Source of the DNA: Myxococcota bacterium | GTDB lineage: Bacteria; Myxococcota_A; UBA9042; PHBI01; JAWLBL01 | Length of the DNA stretch: 64,000 bases | Direction: 5' to 3' | Assembly: GCA_041687695.1 (NCBI GenBank) | Contig: JAWLBL010000006.1 | Coordinates: 160,001 to 224,000 of the forward strand | Part shown: piece after piece, positions 38,610 to 46,876 of the stretch | How positions within the stretch are numbered: the stretch's first letter is position 1 | Layout of the letters: each line of letters begins with the position of its first letter | Program-made: the position numbers and the translations under genes | Notes under the pieces: generated by a model | Told to the model about the DNA's origin: nothing | Database searches by the model: none | Seen by the model: only the letters and a program-made list of their open reading frames with translations

Positions 38610-39570
38610 GGGCCTGAACGTCGTCGCGGCTGCGCGTGGTGGCGCCGCTGCCCATCACCAGGGCCCCGTCGTCACCCAGCAGCTCGAGCGTGGCGCCGCG
38701 CAGAGCCTGCAGGCGCAGGCGCCAGCGCGGCCGAGTCGCGGTGACGGTCCGCTGGGCCCAGCGCAGCGGCCCCAGCCGGAACCCGTGGGTCCAGCGGTCG
38801 CCCGCGCGGGTCAGCTCCTCGCGCGCCAGGCGCTTGACGGCCGGCACGGCCAGCAGGACCAGCCCGAGCAGCGCCAGCAGGGGCGCGAAGAACAGGCCGA
38901 AGACCGGATGCTCGGCGGTGACGGTGAACATCGCGCCGCCGACCACCGCCATGCTGGCGCCGAAGAGCGCCAACACGCCCTGCAGGGCCGCGCCGCGGCG
39001 GACGCCGAAGCGCACCCGGGTCTCGGCCGGGGCCTCGTCCGCGAGGGCGGCTGCGTCGGCGGCGTCGTCCCGGCGGTCCGACAGGCGCGCGAGGCCCGTC
39101 TCGCCCGCCAGATCGTCGGCCAGGGCCGAGATGCTGTCGTGGTCGGGCGACTCGAGCAGCACGATGGACAGGCCGTCGGTGCGCTCCAAGGCGGCGGTCC
39201 ACAGGCGGAAGACGTCGCCGTCGCGGCGGACGTCGGTCGGCTGGACGCGGATCCCGCGGAGCTCGGCCAGCGGCACCCACCAGACGTCGCGCTGCCCCGT
39301 CAGGCCGAGGCCCAGACGGCCGCGCGCCCGATCGAGGCACAGGCCGCCCGGCCCGGCCAGCAGGCGCACGGCGGTCAGGGCCAGGGCGCTGGCGAAGAGG
39401 GCGCCCACCCCGATGGACACGCCGCGGGCGGTGTCGGTCAGGGCCGGGTCCAGGCCCAGCGCCAGGGCGGTGGCCGCGATGGCGGTCGCGCCCACGGCCG
39501 CGCCCAGCCCGGCGCCGGTGTTGCGGGCGGGCGGGACGATGACCAGGGGGCTGGGGTCGGGCGCGCTCAG
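38536..39570 (-). CDS. Hypothetical membrane protein (two TM-hairpin plus soluble-domain units)
   Basis: 3' part of the 38536..41595 frame has GC3 bias and four hydrophobic segments; start uncertain (CTG 39570 overlapping the upstream TGA, or GTG 39495). Confidence 0.65.
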   Translation of the reverse strand: MSAPDPSPLVIVPPARNTGAGLGAAVGATAIAATALALGLDPALTDTARGVSIGVGALFASALALTAVRLLAGPGGLCLDRARGRLGLGLTGQRDVWWVPLAELRGIRVQPTDVRRDGDVFRLWTAALERTDGLSIVLLESPDHDSISALADDLAGETGLARLSDRRDDAADAAALADEAPAETRVRFGVRRGAALQGVLALFGASMAVVGGAMFTVTAEHPVFGLFFAPLLALLGLVLLAVPAVKRLAREELTRAGDRWTHGFRLGPLRWAQRTVTATRPRWRLRLQALRGATLELLGDDGALVMGSGATTRSRDDVQALTALPARFATPPPAPRSPAPPPPA

Positions 39571-41498
39571 GCGGCGACCCCGGTCAGGCCCCGCGCGGAC
39601 AGGCGGGCGTGGAGGCGCTCGGCGGCCCGCGAGGCCAGGGCCATGATGGTGATCTGCGGGTTGACCCCCAGGCTGCCCGGCACGACCGAGCCGTCGACGA
39701 CGTGCAGGCGCTCGGTGCCGAAGACCTCGTGATCCGTGTCGACGACGCCGTCGCCGGCGCGGGCGGCCATGCGCGCCGTCCCCAGCGGGTGGTAGGCCGA
39801 CAGATCGAAGTCGCGCGGGCCGAGGCGCGCCTCCTGCAGCCTCCGGTAGTCCTCCTCGCGCTGTAGCGTGACGTGCCCCTGCACGTTGGCGTAGACCTTG
39901 CGCGCGCCGGCGGCGCGGAAGACCCCGACCAGGATCTTCAGGGCCCGCGACAGCCGCTGCCCGTCCTCGTGGTTCATCGAATAGGTGATGAGCGGGCGAC
40001 CGCCGGGGCCCAGGGTCACGCGCCCCCTCGAGGTGTCCTTGATCATGAAGCCAAAGGCCGCGAGGTGCCGGTAGGCCTCCATCAGCTCCGTCAGCTCGGG
40101 GCCCATCGGGCGCATGTCGAGGGCGAGCATCTCGACCGGCGTGAAGGCGCCCTCGAAGAGCAGGCCCTCGCGCTGGAACTCCTCGATGGCGTAGCCCTGC
40201 GGGACGCCGCGGCTGCCGTCGACCAGGTGGTCGAAGCGGGCGTAGGCGGCCGTCGCCGGGTGGACCGACAGGTTGCGCCCCAGCTGCCCGCTGCCCGAGG
40301 CCAGGCGGTCGCGCATCAAGACCAGCGGCGTCCGCAGGGTGCCGCAGGCCAGGACGACCCGCGAGGCGCGCACCGTCAGCCGCGCGGGCGGGGCGCCCTG
40401 CCGCGTCACGCGGGCCGACACCCCGTAGGCGACGCCGCCGCGGACCAGGACCCGGTCGACCCTGGCCCCCGTGACGAGCAGCGCGCCCGCCTTGAGGGCC
40501 GCCGGCACGAAGGTGACGTTCATGCTGCGCTTGGCGTCGGTCGGGCAGCCGAAGCAGCAGACGCCCTGGCCGTCGCAGCCGACTGCGTTGCGGCTGAGCG
40601 GGCCGTGCGCGTAGCCGAGCGCCTCGCACCCGCGGGCGATGACGTCCGCGCAGCCACCCAGCACGTCCGGCGCCGTCGGGGCGACGCCCAGGGCCTGCTC
40701 GACGCGGTCGAAGTGGGGCGCCAGGTCGCGGGGGCCGAGGCCCTCGAGGCCCAGGTCGCGGGCCCAGCCGTCGAGCACCTCGTCGGGCGCGCGGTAGCAG
40801 GTGCCCGAGTTGACCGTGGTCGAGCCGCCCACGGCGCGGCCGGCAAGGATGGGCAGCAGGACGTTGCCGACGGCGGTCGTCTCCTGGATCGGCAGGTAGG
40901 CCGCGCGGGTCAGCTCGACGCGCGACAGGCGCGTGAAGTCGGCCCGGTCCAGGTAGCGCCCGGCCTCGAGCATGACGACCTGGTGGCCGCGCCGCGCCAG
41001 CTCGGCGGCGACCACGGCCCCGCCCGCGCCGGTGCCGACGACGACGACGTCCGCCTCGATGACCCCGACGCCGGCGAGGCCGTCGCCGTCGAAGACCTGC
41101 TGCTCGCGGACGCGGGACCGCTCTCGGGCGGCGGGCGCCGGCCGGTAGGGGACGCCCAGGGCGGCGAACAGGGCCGGATCGTCGAAGTGCAGGGTCTTGA
41201 TCGGCGCCAGGACCGACTTGACGGCCATGCGCGTCGGGTAGCTCAGGCGCTCGAGGCCCCGCAAGACGTCCAGGCGCCGCTCGGGCGACAGGGCGGCGAG
41301 CCGGCGGCCGGTGCGGAGCCGGGCGGCGGCTTCGAGGCCGGCGAGGGCCGCGTGGTAGGCGATCTCGGTCTCGCGGCCCTCGTCGGTGACGAAGCGCAGG
41401 ACGCGATCGGCGGTGGCCTCGCCGAACCCGGGCAGCACCCGCCCTGGGGGGAGGACGGCGCGGCCGATGGCCAGCACGGTGTCTCGGAGGTGGGACAT
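39567..41498 (-). CDS. GMC family oxidoreductase (long-chain alcohol oxidase-like)
   Basis: VVVGTGAGG, GRAVGGSTTVNSG, C...G.C.FGCP, HPLGTARM, DGSVVP.SLGVNPQITI. Confidence 0.92.
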   Translation of the reverse strand: MSHLRDTVLAIGRAVLPPGRVLPGFGEATADRVLRFVTDEGRETEIAYHAALAGLEAAARLRTGRRLAALSPERRLDVLRGLERLSYPTRMAVKSVLAPIKTLHFDDPALFAALGVPYRPAPAARERSRVREQQVFDGDGLAGVGVIEADVVVVGTGAGGAVVAAELARRGHQVVMLEAGRYLDRADFTRLSRVELTRAAYLPIQETTAVGNVLLPILAGRAVGGSTTVNSGTCYRAPDEVLDGWARDLGLEGLGPRDLAPHFDRVEQALGVAPTAPDVLGGCADVIARGCEALGYAHGPLSRNAVGCDGQGVCCFGCPTDAKRSMNVTFVPAALKAGALLVTGARVDRVLVRGGVAYGVSARVTRQGAPPARLTVRASRVVLACGTLRTPLVLMRDRLASGSGQLGRNLSVHPATAAYARFDHLVDGSRGVPQGYAIEEFQREGLLFEGAFTPVEMLALDMRPMGPELTELMEAYRHLAAFGFMIKDTSRGRVTLGPGGRPLITYSMNHEDGQRLSRALKILVGVFRAAGARKVYANVQGHVTLQREEDYRRLQEARLGPRDFDLSAYHPLGTARMAARAGDGVVDTDHEVFGTERLHVVDGSVVPGSLGVNPQITIMALASRAAERLHARLSARGLTGVAA

Positions 41499-41521
41499 GC
41501 GACCCGGGCCCGCGGGAGGGG

Positions 41522-42517
41522 TCAGAGGTGGGGCGCCGAGCGGAAGCGCCGGGCGGCCTCCTCAACGCTTTGGCGGACGGCCGACGCGCTGTCAAGGATG
41601 GCCACCGCCGCCTCGAGCAGCGCGAGCTGGGGCGGCAGCTCGGCGAGGGCCAGGGGCTGGTCGTCGAGCGCCTCGAGGCGAGCGCGGGCGGCCGCGCCGA
41701 GTCGGTCTTCGACGGGGCCGAGCAGGCCCGGGCGCGTCGCGGCGGAGAACGGCGGCGGCACGGGCGACAGCGCTAGCGGGCGCCAGGGGGCCGGGCCCGC
41801 GAGGACGGCGTAGAAGATCGTGGCGCCCTCGGGGCAGAGGCCGTCGACGAGGCCGTCGGCGTCGGGCGACAGCGGCAGCGCGTCGGGGGGCGGAGCGTCG
41901 CGCCAGGCGGCGATGTCCTCAGGCGCGATGAAGCGGTCGCGGACGACGGCGGCGAGCTCGGCGCAGGCGGGGGCGGACCAGCCGAGGCGGGTCAGGTACC
42001 AGCGCTGGTGCGTGCCGAAGCCGCCGGGTGGCCGCGAGGGCGAGGCGGCGTCGGACGGCTGGCCAGAGACGGCGGCCGCGACGCGGCGGGCGAGGGCGTC
42101 GAAGTCGGGCGGGGGGCCGGCGCCGGCGAAGACCAGCGGGACGTGGTCGTCGGGGGCGTGGGCGTGGGTGACCGGGCCTTCCAGCAGCCGCGCGGCCGGG
42201 GGGCTGGCCGGGGCGACGCGCAGGGGCGGGCCGGCGGCGGGCGCGCCGGCGGCGTCGCGGGTGATGAGCGTGAGGGCGAGCGGGCGGCCGGCGGGGACCT
42301 GAAGGCGGGCGTGGCCGGCGCGCGGGTCGACCGGGTAGCGGATGAGGTCGGTGTCGAGGGCGCCCGCCCAGAAGGCGTCGGCGAGGTCGTCGGTCAGGGG
42401 GCGCAAGGCGACGATGACGGCGGCGCGCGAGGTCGCCGACAGGGCGGACGGATCCCAGGCGACGACCAGGGCGCCGTCGTCGGTGGTGGCGTGGGCGAGG
42501 GGCGGCAGGGGGCGCAT
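41522..42517 (-). CDS. Hypothetical protein
   Basis: GC3-biased ORF filling the gap in a minus-strand run; GAGG RBS. Confidence 0.65.
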   Translation of the reverse strand: MRPLPPLAHATTDDGALVVAWDPSALSATSRAAVIVALRPLTDDLADAFWAGALDTDLIRYPVDPRAGHARLQVPAGRPLALTLITRDAAGAPAAGPPLRVAPASPPAARLLEGPVTHAHAPDDHVPLVFAGAGPPPDFDALARRVAAAVSGQPSDAASPSRPPGGFGTHQRWYLTRLGWSAPACAELAAVVRDRFIAPEDIAAWRDAPPPDALPLSPDADGLVDGLCPEGATIFYAVLAGPAPWRPLALSPVPPPFSAATRPGLLGPVEDRLGAAARARLEALDDQPLALAELPPQLALLEAAVAILDSASAVRQSVEEAARRFRSAPHL

Positions 42518-42568
42518 CGGGACCTCGGGACCGGGCGGGCCGGAGCGTGCCGGCAGGGGCCGGGGTGG

Positions 42569-44005
42569 TCAGCCCATGAGGATGAGGATCAGCACGAGCT
42601 GCCCCAGGTTCCAGAGGCCGTGCACGGCGATGGGGACCAGCAGCGAGCCGCTCTGCTCGTACAGCCAGGCGAGGGCGGCGCCCAGGGCGGTGAGCGGCAG
42701 GATGAGGTGGGGCTCGAAGTGGACGAAGCCGAAGATGACGCCGCTGAGCAGGCCCGCGACCATGGGACCTGAGCGGTCGCGAAGGTTGCGGTAGAGGAAG
42801 CCGCGGAAGATGACCTCCTCGAACACGGGGGCGAAGAGGACGACCGCCACGCCGATGAAGAGGCGGGCCTCGGGGGTGCCGGCCTCGGTGAAGAGCTCGA
42901 CGGCGTCCTGGGAGCCGTTGGGCTCGCCGAACAGGCCCGTGTTGATGATGGAGGCGACGAAGGTGACGACGAGGGCGAGGCCGGCGCCGGCGACGAGCCA
43001 GACGACGAAGCCGGAGCGGCCGCCGCCGGCGGCGCGGGCGCTGAGGCGGAGGGTCTCGCTGAGGGGGCGGGTGTCGCCGGCCCGGCGGCCGTAGCGCTGG
43101 ATGAGCGCGAGGCCGATGCCGCCGTGGAGGAGCGTCTGGACGGCGATGAGCATGGAGATGGTCTGGGCGGAGGCCTGCAGCAGGCCGATGACGAGCGAGG
43201 TCACGAGGCCCGCCAGGATGAAGGCGAGCAGCCAGCCGACCATGACGTGGTAGGTGCTGGTGGTGTCGAACGGGCTGGCGGTGTCGGCGAGGCCGCCGCC
43301 CCAGCGGGCGCGGACGGTCTGGCCGAGGAAGAGGGGCCAGGTCAGCAGGACCGCGAGCCCGAGCAGGCCCAGCCCGAAGACGATGAAGGTGAGCAGGGTC
43401 AGGCGGCCGATGAGCGAGAGCGACTCGGCGCGGGCGGCGGCGCGCTGGGCCTCGGCGGCGGCGAGATCGCCGGCGTTGGCCTGGTGGCGGGCGGTGACCA
43501 TGGTGGTCAGCCAGGGGGAGGCGCCCATGGCGCGCAGCTGCTCGGTCAGCGCGTCCAGGTGCGGGGCCGGCTCGCCGCGGGCGAGGGCGTACAGGCTCTC
43601 GTACGAGGGGCGCCAGGCCTCGACGTGCTCGGGGGACTCGGCCAGGGCGTCCAGCTGCGCCACGGCGTCCTCGTCGCGGTCGAAGGCTACGGCGACGGCG
43701 CTCAGGACCAGGCGCAGCTCGTGGGCCCAGGGGGCGCCCTCGTCGACGCGCCGGTCGAGCTCGGCGAGGGCGGTCTCTGGGTCGGCGGCCAGCGCGTCGC
43801 GGACCTCGGGCGGGACCTGGTCGGCGACCTGCACGAGGCGGGCCTGCAGCTCGAGGGTGCGGACGTCCGAGGGGCTGACGCGGCGGGCCTCGGCGGGCGC
43901 GGCGGCCTTGAGCGCGAGCAGCCCGGCGACGAGCACGAAGGCGAGGGCCGTCATGAGCCCGTCGAGGAGCTTGCGGCTCCCTCTGTGGGGGTGTCGGCTG
44001 GTCAC
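42569..44005 (-). CDS. CPBP (CAAX/Abi) intramembrane metalloprotease with extra N-terminal helical domain
   Basis: APVFEEVIFRG, FGFVH, HGLWN motifs. Confidence 0.9.
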   Translation of the reverse strand: MTSRHPHRGSRKLLDGLMTALAFVLVAGLLALKAAAPAEARRVSPSDVRTLELQARLVQVADQVPPEVRDALAADPETALAELDRRVDEGAPWAHELRLVLSAVAVAFDRDEDAVAQLDALAESPEHVEAWRPSYESLYALARGEPAPHLDALTEQLRAMGASPWLTTMVTARHQANAGDLAAAEAQRAAARAESLSLIGRLTLLTFIVFGLGLLGLAVLLTWPLFLGQTVRARWGGGLADTASPFDTTSTYHVMVGWLLAFILAGLVTSLVIGLLQASAQTISMLIAVQTLLHGGIGLALIQRYGRRAGDTRPLSETLRLSARAAGGGRSGFVVWLVAGAGLALVVTFVASIINTGLFGEPNGSQDAVELFTEAGTPEARLFIGVAVVLFAPVFEEVIFRGFLYRNLRDRSGPMVAGLLSGVIFGFVHFEPHLILPLTALGAALAWLYEQSGSLLVPIAVHGLWNLGQLVLILILMG

Positions 44006-44059
44006 GGGCCTCGGGGCGGGACGGGGGAGGGCTCGGCGGGGCGGTGCGCGGGCGGACGA

Positions 44060-44272
44060 TCAGCGCTTGGAGAGCTTCTTGAGGACGCGCTCGCAGGTCT
44101 CGTCGGTCAAGGCCTCGCGACGCTCCGGCTCGCGGAGCAGCTCGCAGGCCTCCTTGTCGGGCTGCTGCTCGCACACGCGCTGCTCGAGGGCCTCGCAGGG
44201 GCGGTCGCACCCGGCGAGCGCCGGCGCGAGCAGCAGGGCGAGGGCGAGCGCGGTGGCTTTCGACGCGAGCAT
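44060..44272 (-). CDS. Small lipoprotein (70 aa) with four Cys after the lipobox Cys
   Basis: LAGC lipobox, PCEALEQRVC...C...C; GGAG RBS. Confidence 0.72.
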   Translation of the reverse strand: MLASKATALALALLLAPALAGCDRPCEALEQRVCEQQPDKEACELLREPERREALTDETCERVLKKLSKR

Positions 44273-44349
44273 GGACCAACTCCGGTCGGTTCGAGGGCGC
44301 AGCGTGACCAGCATGATGCCGCAACTCGCCCCGAAGTGCATGCCTGTGT

Positions 44350-46005
44350 TCAGGGCGCGGCGGCCAGGGCGCGCGGGCCGCGCATGCTGAGCTCGACCAG
44401 GTCGGCGTAGCGGGCCACCTCGGCCTCGACCCACGCGGCGTCGCGCCCCAGCAGGTCGGCCATGTGGCGGGCGACCAGCGGGGCGCAGGCCAGGCCCTGA
44501 TCGGGCGCGCGGTAGAACACGTGCAGCCGCCGGACGAGCACGTCGTCGAGGCGGGCGGCCTGCTCACCCAGCACGCACCAGGAGACCTGGGCCAGCACGT
44601 AGGGCAGCTCGGCCGTGAGCGTCGCCGCCTCGTCCGGGTGCGAGGCCATGCGCGCGCGGATCCAGCCGGCCGCGCTGCCGTGCAGGCGCCACAGCGCGTT
44701 GTCCAGGGGGTCGGGCAGGCCGCGCACGATGTCCGCGACCCGCGGCAGGCCGGGATCGAGCGGCAGGCGGTGCGTCCTGCAGCGACCCGCGCGGACCCCC
44801 GCGACGCGCCGCAGGCGCCGGACGGCCGCGTCGACCACCTCGGCGGCCATGGACCGATAGGTGGTCAGTTTGCCGCCAGCGATGGTGGTGATGCCGCGTT
44901 CGTCGTCGTAGCGCTGGTGCTCGCGGCTGGTCTTGTAGGCCGACTCGGCGTCGCTGCGGATGAGCGGCCGCAGGCCGGCCCAGGTGCTGCGCACGTCGGC
45001 CGCCGTGAGGCTCGCCTGCGGGAAGTAGCGGTTGGCCGTCGTCAGCAGGTAGTCGACGTCGTCCGAGGTCGCGCGCACGGCGTCCAGGTCGCCGTCGTAG
45101 TCCGTGTCGGTCGTGCCGATGTAGGTCGTGTTCTCGAAGGGGATGGCGAAGACGACGCGCCCATCGGTGACGGCGGTCATCACGACGGCCGCCTCGAGGG
45201 GCAGGCGGGTGCGTGAGACGACGATGTGGACGCCCTTGGTGCGGCGGAGCAGGCGCCCCTCGCCGGGGGCCTGGTCGAGGGCGTCGGTCCACGGGCCGCC
45301 GGCGTAGACGATGTGGCGGCAGCGGACCGAGCGCTCGAGGCCGGTCAGGGCGTCGACGACGCGGGCGCCGACCACCTTGCCGTCCTCGAGGATCGCGGCC
45401 TGGAAGCCGACATGGTTGAGGCAGGTCGCGCCGTTGCGCTCGGCGTCCAGGACGTTGGCCAGGGTCAGGCGGGCGTCGTCGGTGTGGCAGTCGTAGTAGT
45501 GGACGCTGCCGGTGAGCCCCTCGGTCGCGAGGCCCGGGACGAGCGCGCGCGTGCGGTCGCGGCCCATGCGCCGGTGCAGGCGCCACGAGCGGAAGAGGCT
45601 CAGCAGGTCGTAGAGCCACAGGCCGATGTCGATCTTGAACAGGCTGTGGCGGTCGGTGCGGTAGACCGGGAAGACGAAGGGCAGCGGCCACACGAGGTTG
45701 GGGTTGAGGCGCCGCAGGCGGTACCGCTCGCGCGTCGCCTCGAAGACCAGGCCCAGCTCGAGGTTCTCGAGGTAGCGCAGGCCGCCGTGGACCAGCTTCG
45801 AGGACTTGCTGGACGTGCCCGAGCCGTAGTCGCTGCGCTCGACGAGCGCGACCGACAGGCCCCGCAGGGCGGCGTCGCGGGCGACGCCGGCGCCGGTGAT
45901 GCCGCCACCGACCACGAGCACGTCGAAGGTCTCGGCCTCGAGCCGCGCCAGGCGATCGTCGCGGGAGGCGCCTTCGGCTCGCGCGCGCTCGGGGACGGGG
46001 ATCAT
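44350..46005 (-). CDS. glpD: FAD-dependent glycerol-3-phosphate dehydrogenase
   Basis: GGGITGAGVARDAALRG, GTSSKSSKLVHGGLRYLE, DDARL, KGVH, GLRPL, GGKLTTYR; start uncertain. Confidence 0.92.
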   Translation of the reverse strand: MIPVPERARAEGASRDDRLARLEAETFDVLVVGGGITGAGVARDAALRGLSVALVERSDYGSGTSSKSSKLVHGGLRYLENLELGLVFEATRERYRLRRLNPNLVWPLPFVFPVYRTDRHSLFKIDIGLWLYDLLSLFRSWRLHRRMGRDRTRALVPGLATEGLTGSVHYYDCHTDDARLTLANVLDAERNGATCLNHVGFQAAILEDGKVVGARVVDALTGLERSVRCRHIVYAGGPWTDALDQAPGEGRLLRRTKGVHIVVSRTRLPLEAAVVMTAVTDGRVVFAIPFENTTYIGTTDTDYDGDLDAVRATSDDVDYLLTTANRYFPQASLTAADVRSTWAGLRPLIRSDAESAYKTSREHQRYDDERGITTIAGGKLTTYRSMAAEVVDAAVRRLRRVAGVRAGRCRTHRLPLDPGLPRVADIVRGLPDPLDNALWRLHGSAAGWIRARMASHPDEAATLTAELPYVLAQVSWCVLGEQAARLDDVLVRRLHVFYRAPDQGLACAPLVARHMADLLGRDAAWVEAEVARYADLVELSMRGPRALAAAP

Positions 46006-46137
46006 CGCGCCGCCCGGGCGCGCCGACGACTTCATCGCGGGGGCATCCACGCGCGCGAACGTAGGGGGTTCGACGCGCCGCGTCAATCTCGCCGGCCCAA
46101 GCGGGGCCACCCCAGGCGGGGGCCCGTCCCCAGATGA

Positions 46138-46170
46138 CGAAAAGCCGGGCCACGCGTGGTGACCCGGCTT
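46138..46170 (-). terminator. Intrinsic terminator
   Basis: Minus strand AAGCCGGGTCAC-loop-GTGGCCCGGC followed by TTTT. Confidence 0.6.
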
Positions 46171-46257
46171 CCAGAGTCGAGGCGTGCCCGGCCAGTTTGG
46201 GGGCGCCGCCCGGTGGCTGACGATCGGACCCGGCGACCGGCCGCGTCCGGGGGCGAA

Positions 46258-46371
46258 TCAGCGTCGACGCTGAGGCATCAGCGCGATGAGCGCGCTCATC
46301 CCCAAGCGCGAGACCAGCACGGCCGCGCCGAGCCCTCCACCCACCGTCAGGACCAGCGTCAGGGTGTCCAT
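46258..46371 (-). CDS. 37-aa hydrophobic small protein
   Basis: AAGGAG RBS 8 nt before ATG; MDTLTLVLTVGGGLGAAVLVSRLGMSALIALMPQRRR. Confidence 0.65.
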   Translation of the reverse strand: MDTLTLVLTVGGGLGAAVLVSRLGMSALIALMPQRRR

Positions 46372-46486
46372 CGAGATGACTCCTTGAAACCCATGTCTCA
46401 TGTAGCGACCGCATCGATCGGCGGGCGCACGACCGCGCACCCGCGCGTCCGACACGCACCGCCGACCAACCAGATACGGCAAGTAC

Positions 46487-46502
46487 AGCAAGCGCCGTGC
46501 CG
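46487..46502 (-). promoter_or_regulatory. Sigma-54 (-24/-12) promoter
   Basis: Minus strand CGGCACGGCGCTTGCT matches YGGCACG-N4-TTGCW. Confidence 0.75.
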
Positions 46503-46876
46503 AAGCGTCGATCCCAAGGATCGCTCGAGGCGCGGCCACGCCTCCGTGCGATCCGTGTCCACCGGACCACACCCCCGTCTCCCATCGGCCACGAAGCCGC
46601 GCCGAGCGGGAGCCAGGGCCAAGCTACGGCGCCCCGGACCCGGGCGCCAGAAAACCGATCGCATGCTCCGGACGCGTTGTCATCGAGCGCGCGCGACGGC
46701 GTCGCTCATGCCCTAGGATAATCACGGCAGGCGCCCGCCGGGAGGTCGCGCCGTGCGAGTTTTGTGTTTTCATTCCAGCGTGTTACGGGCTTGAGCCCCG
46801 GCCCCTGGGGGACCTTCGAAACGCCGAGAGCCGGGCGCGGGCCCGGCTCTCGGTCGAAGGCGCTCGGAGCGAGGGC

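Noticed and set aside
46764..46786. IHF or dif-like site (TTTTCATTCCAGCGTGTTA)
   Set aside because: Too many mismatches to the IHF consensus, and no XerC/XerD arm structure.
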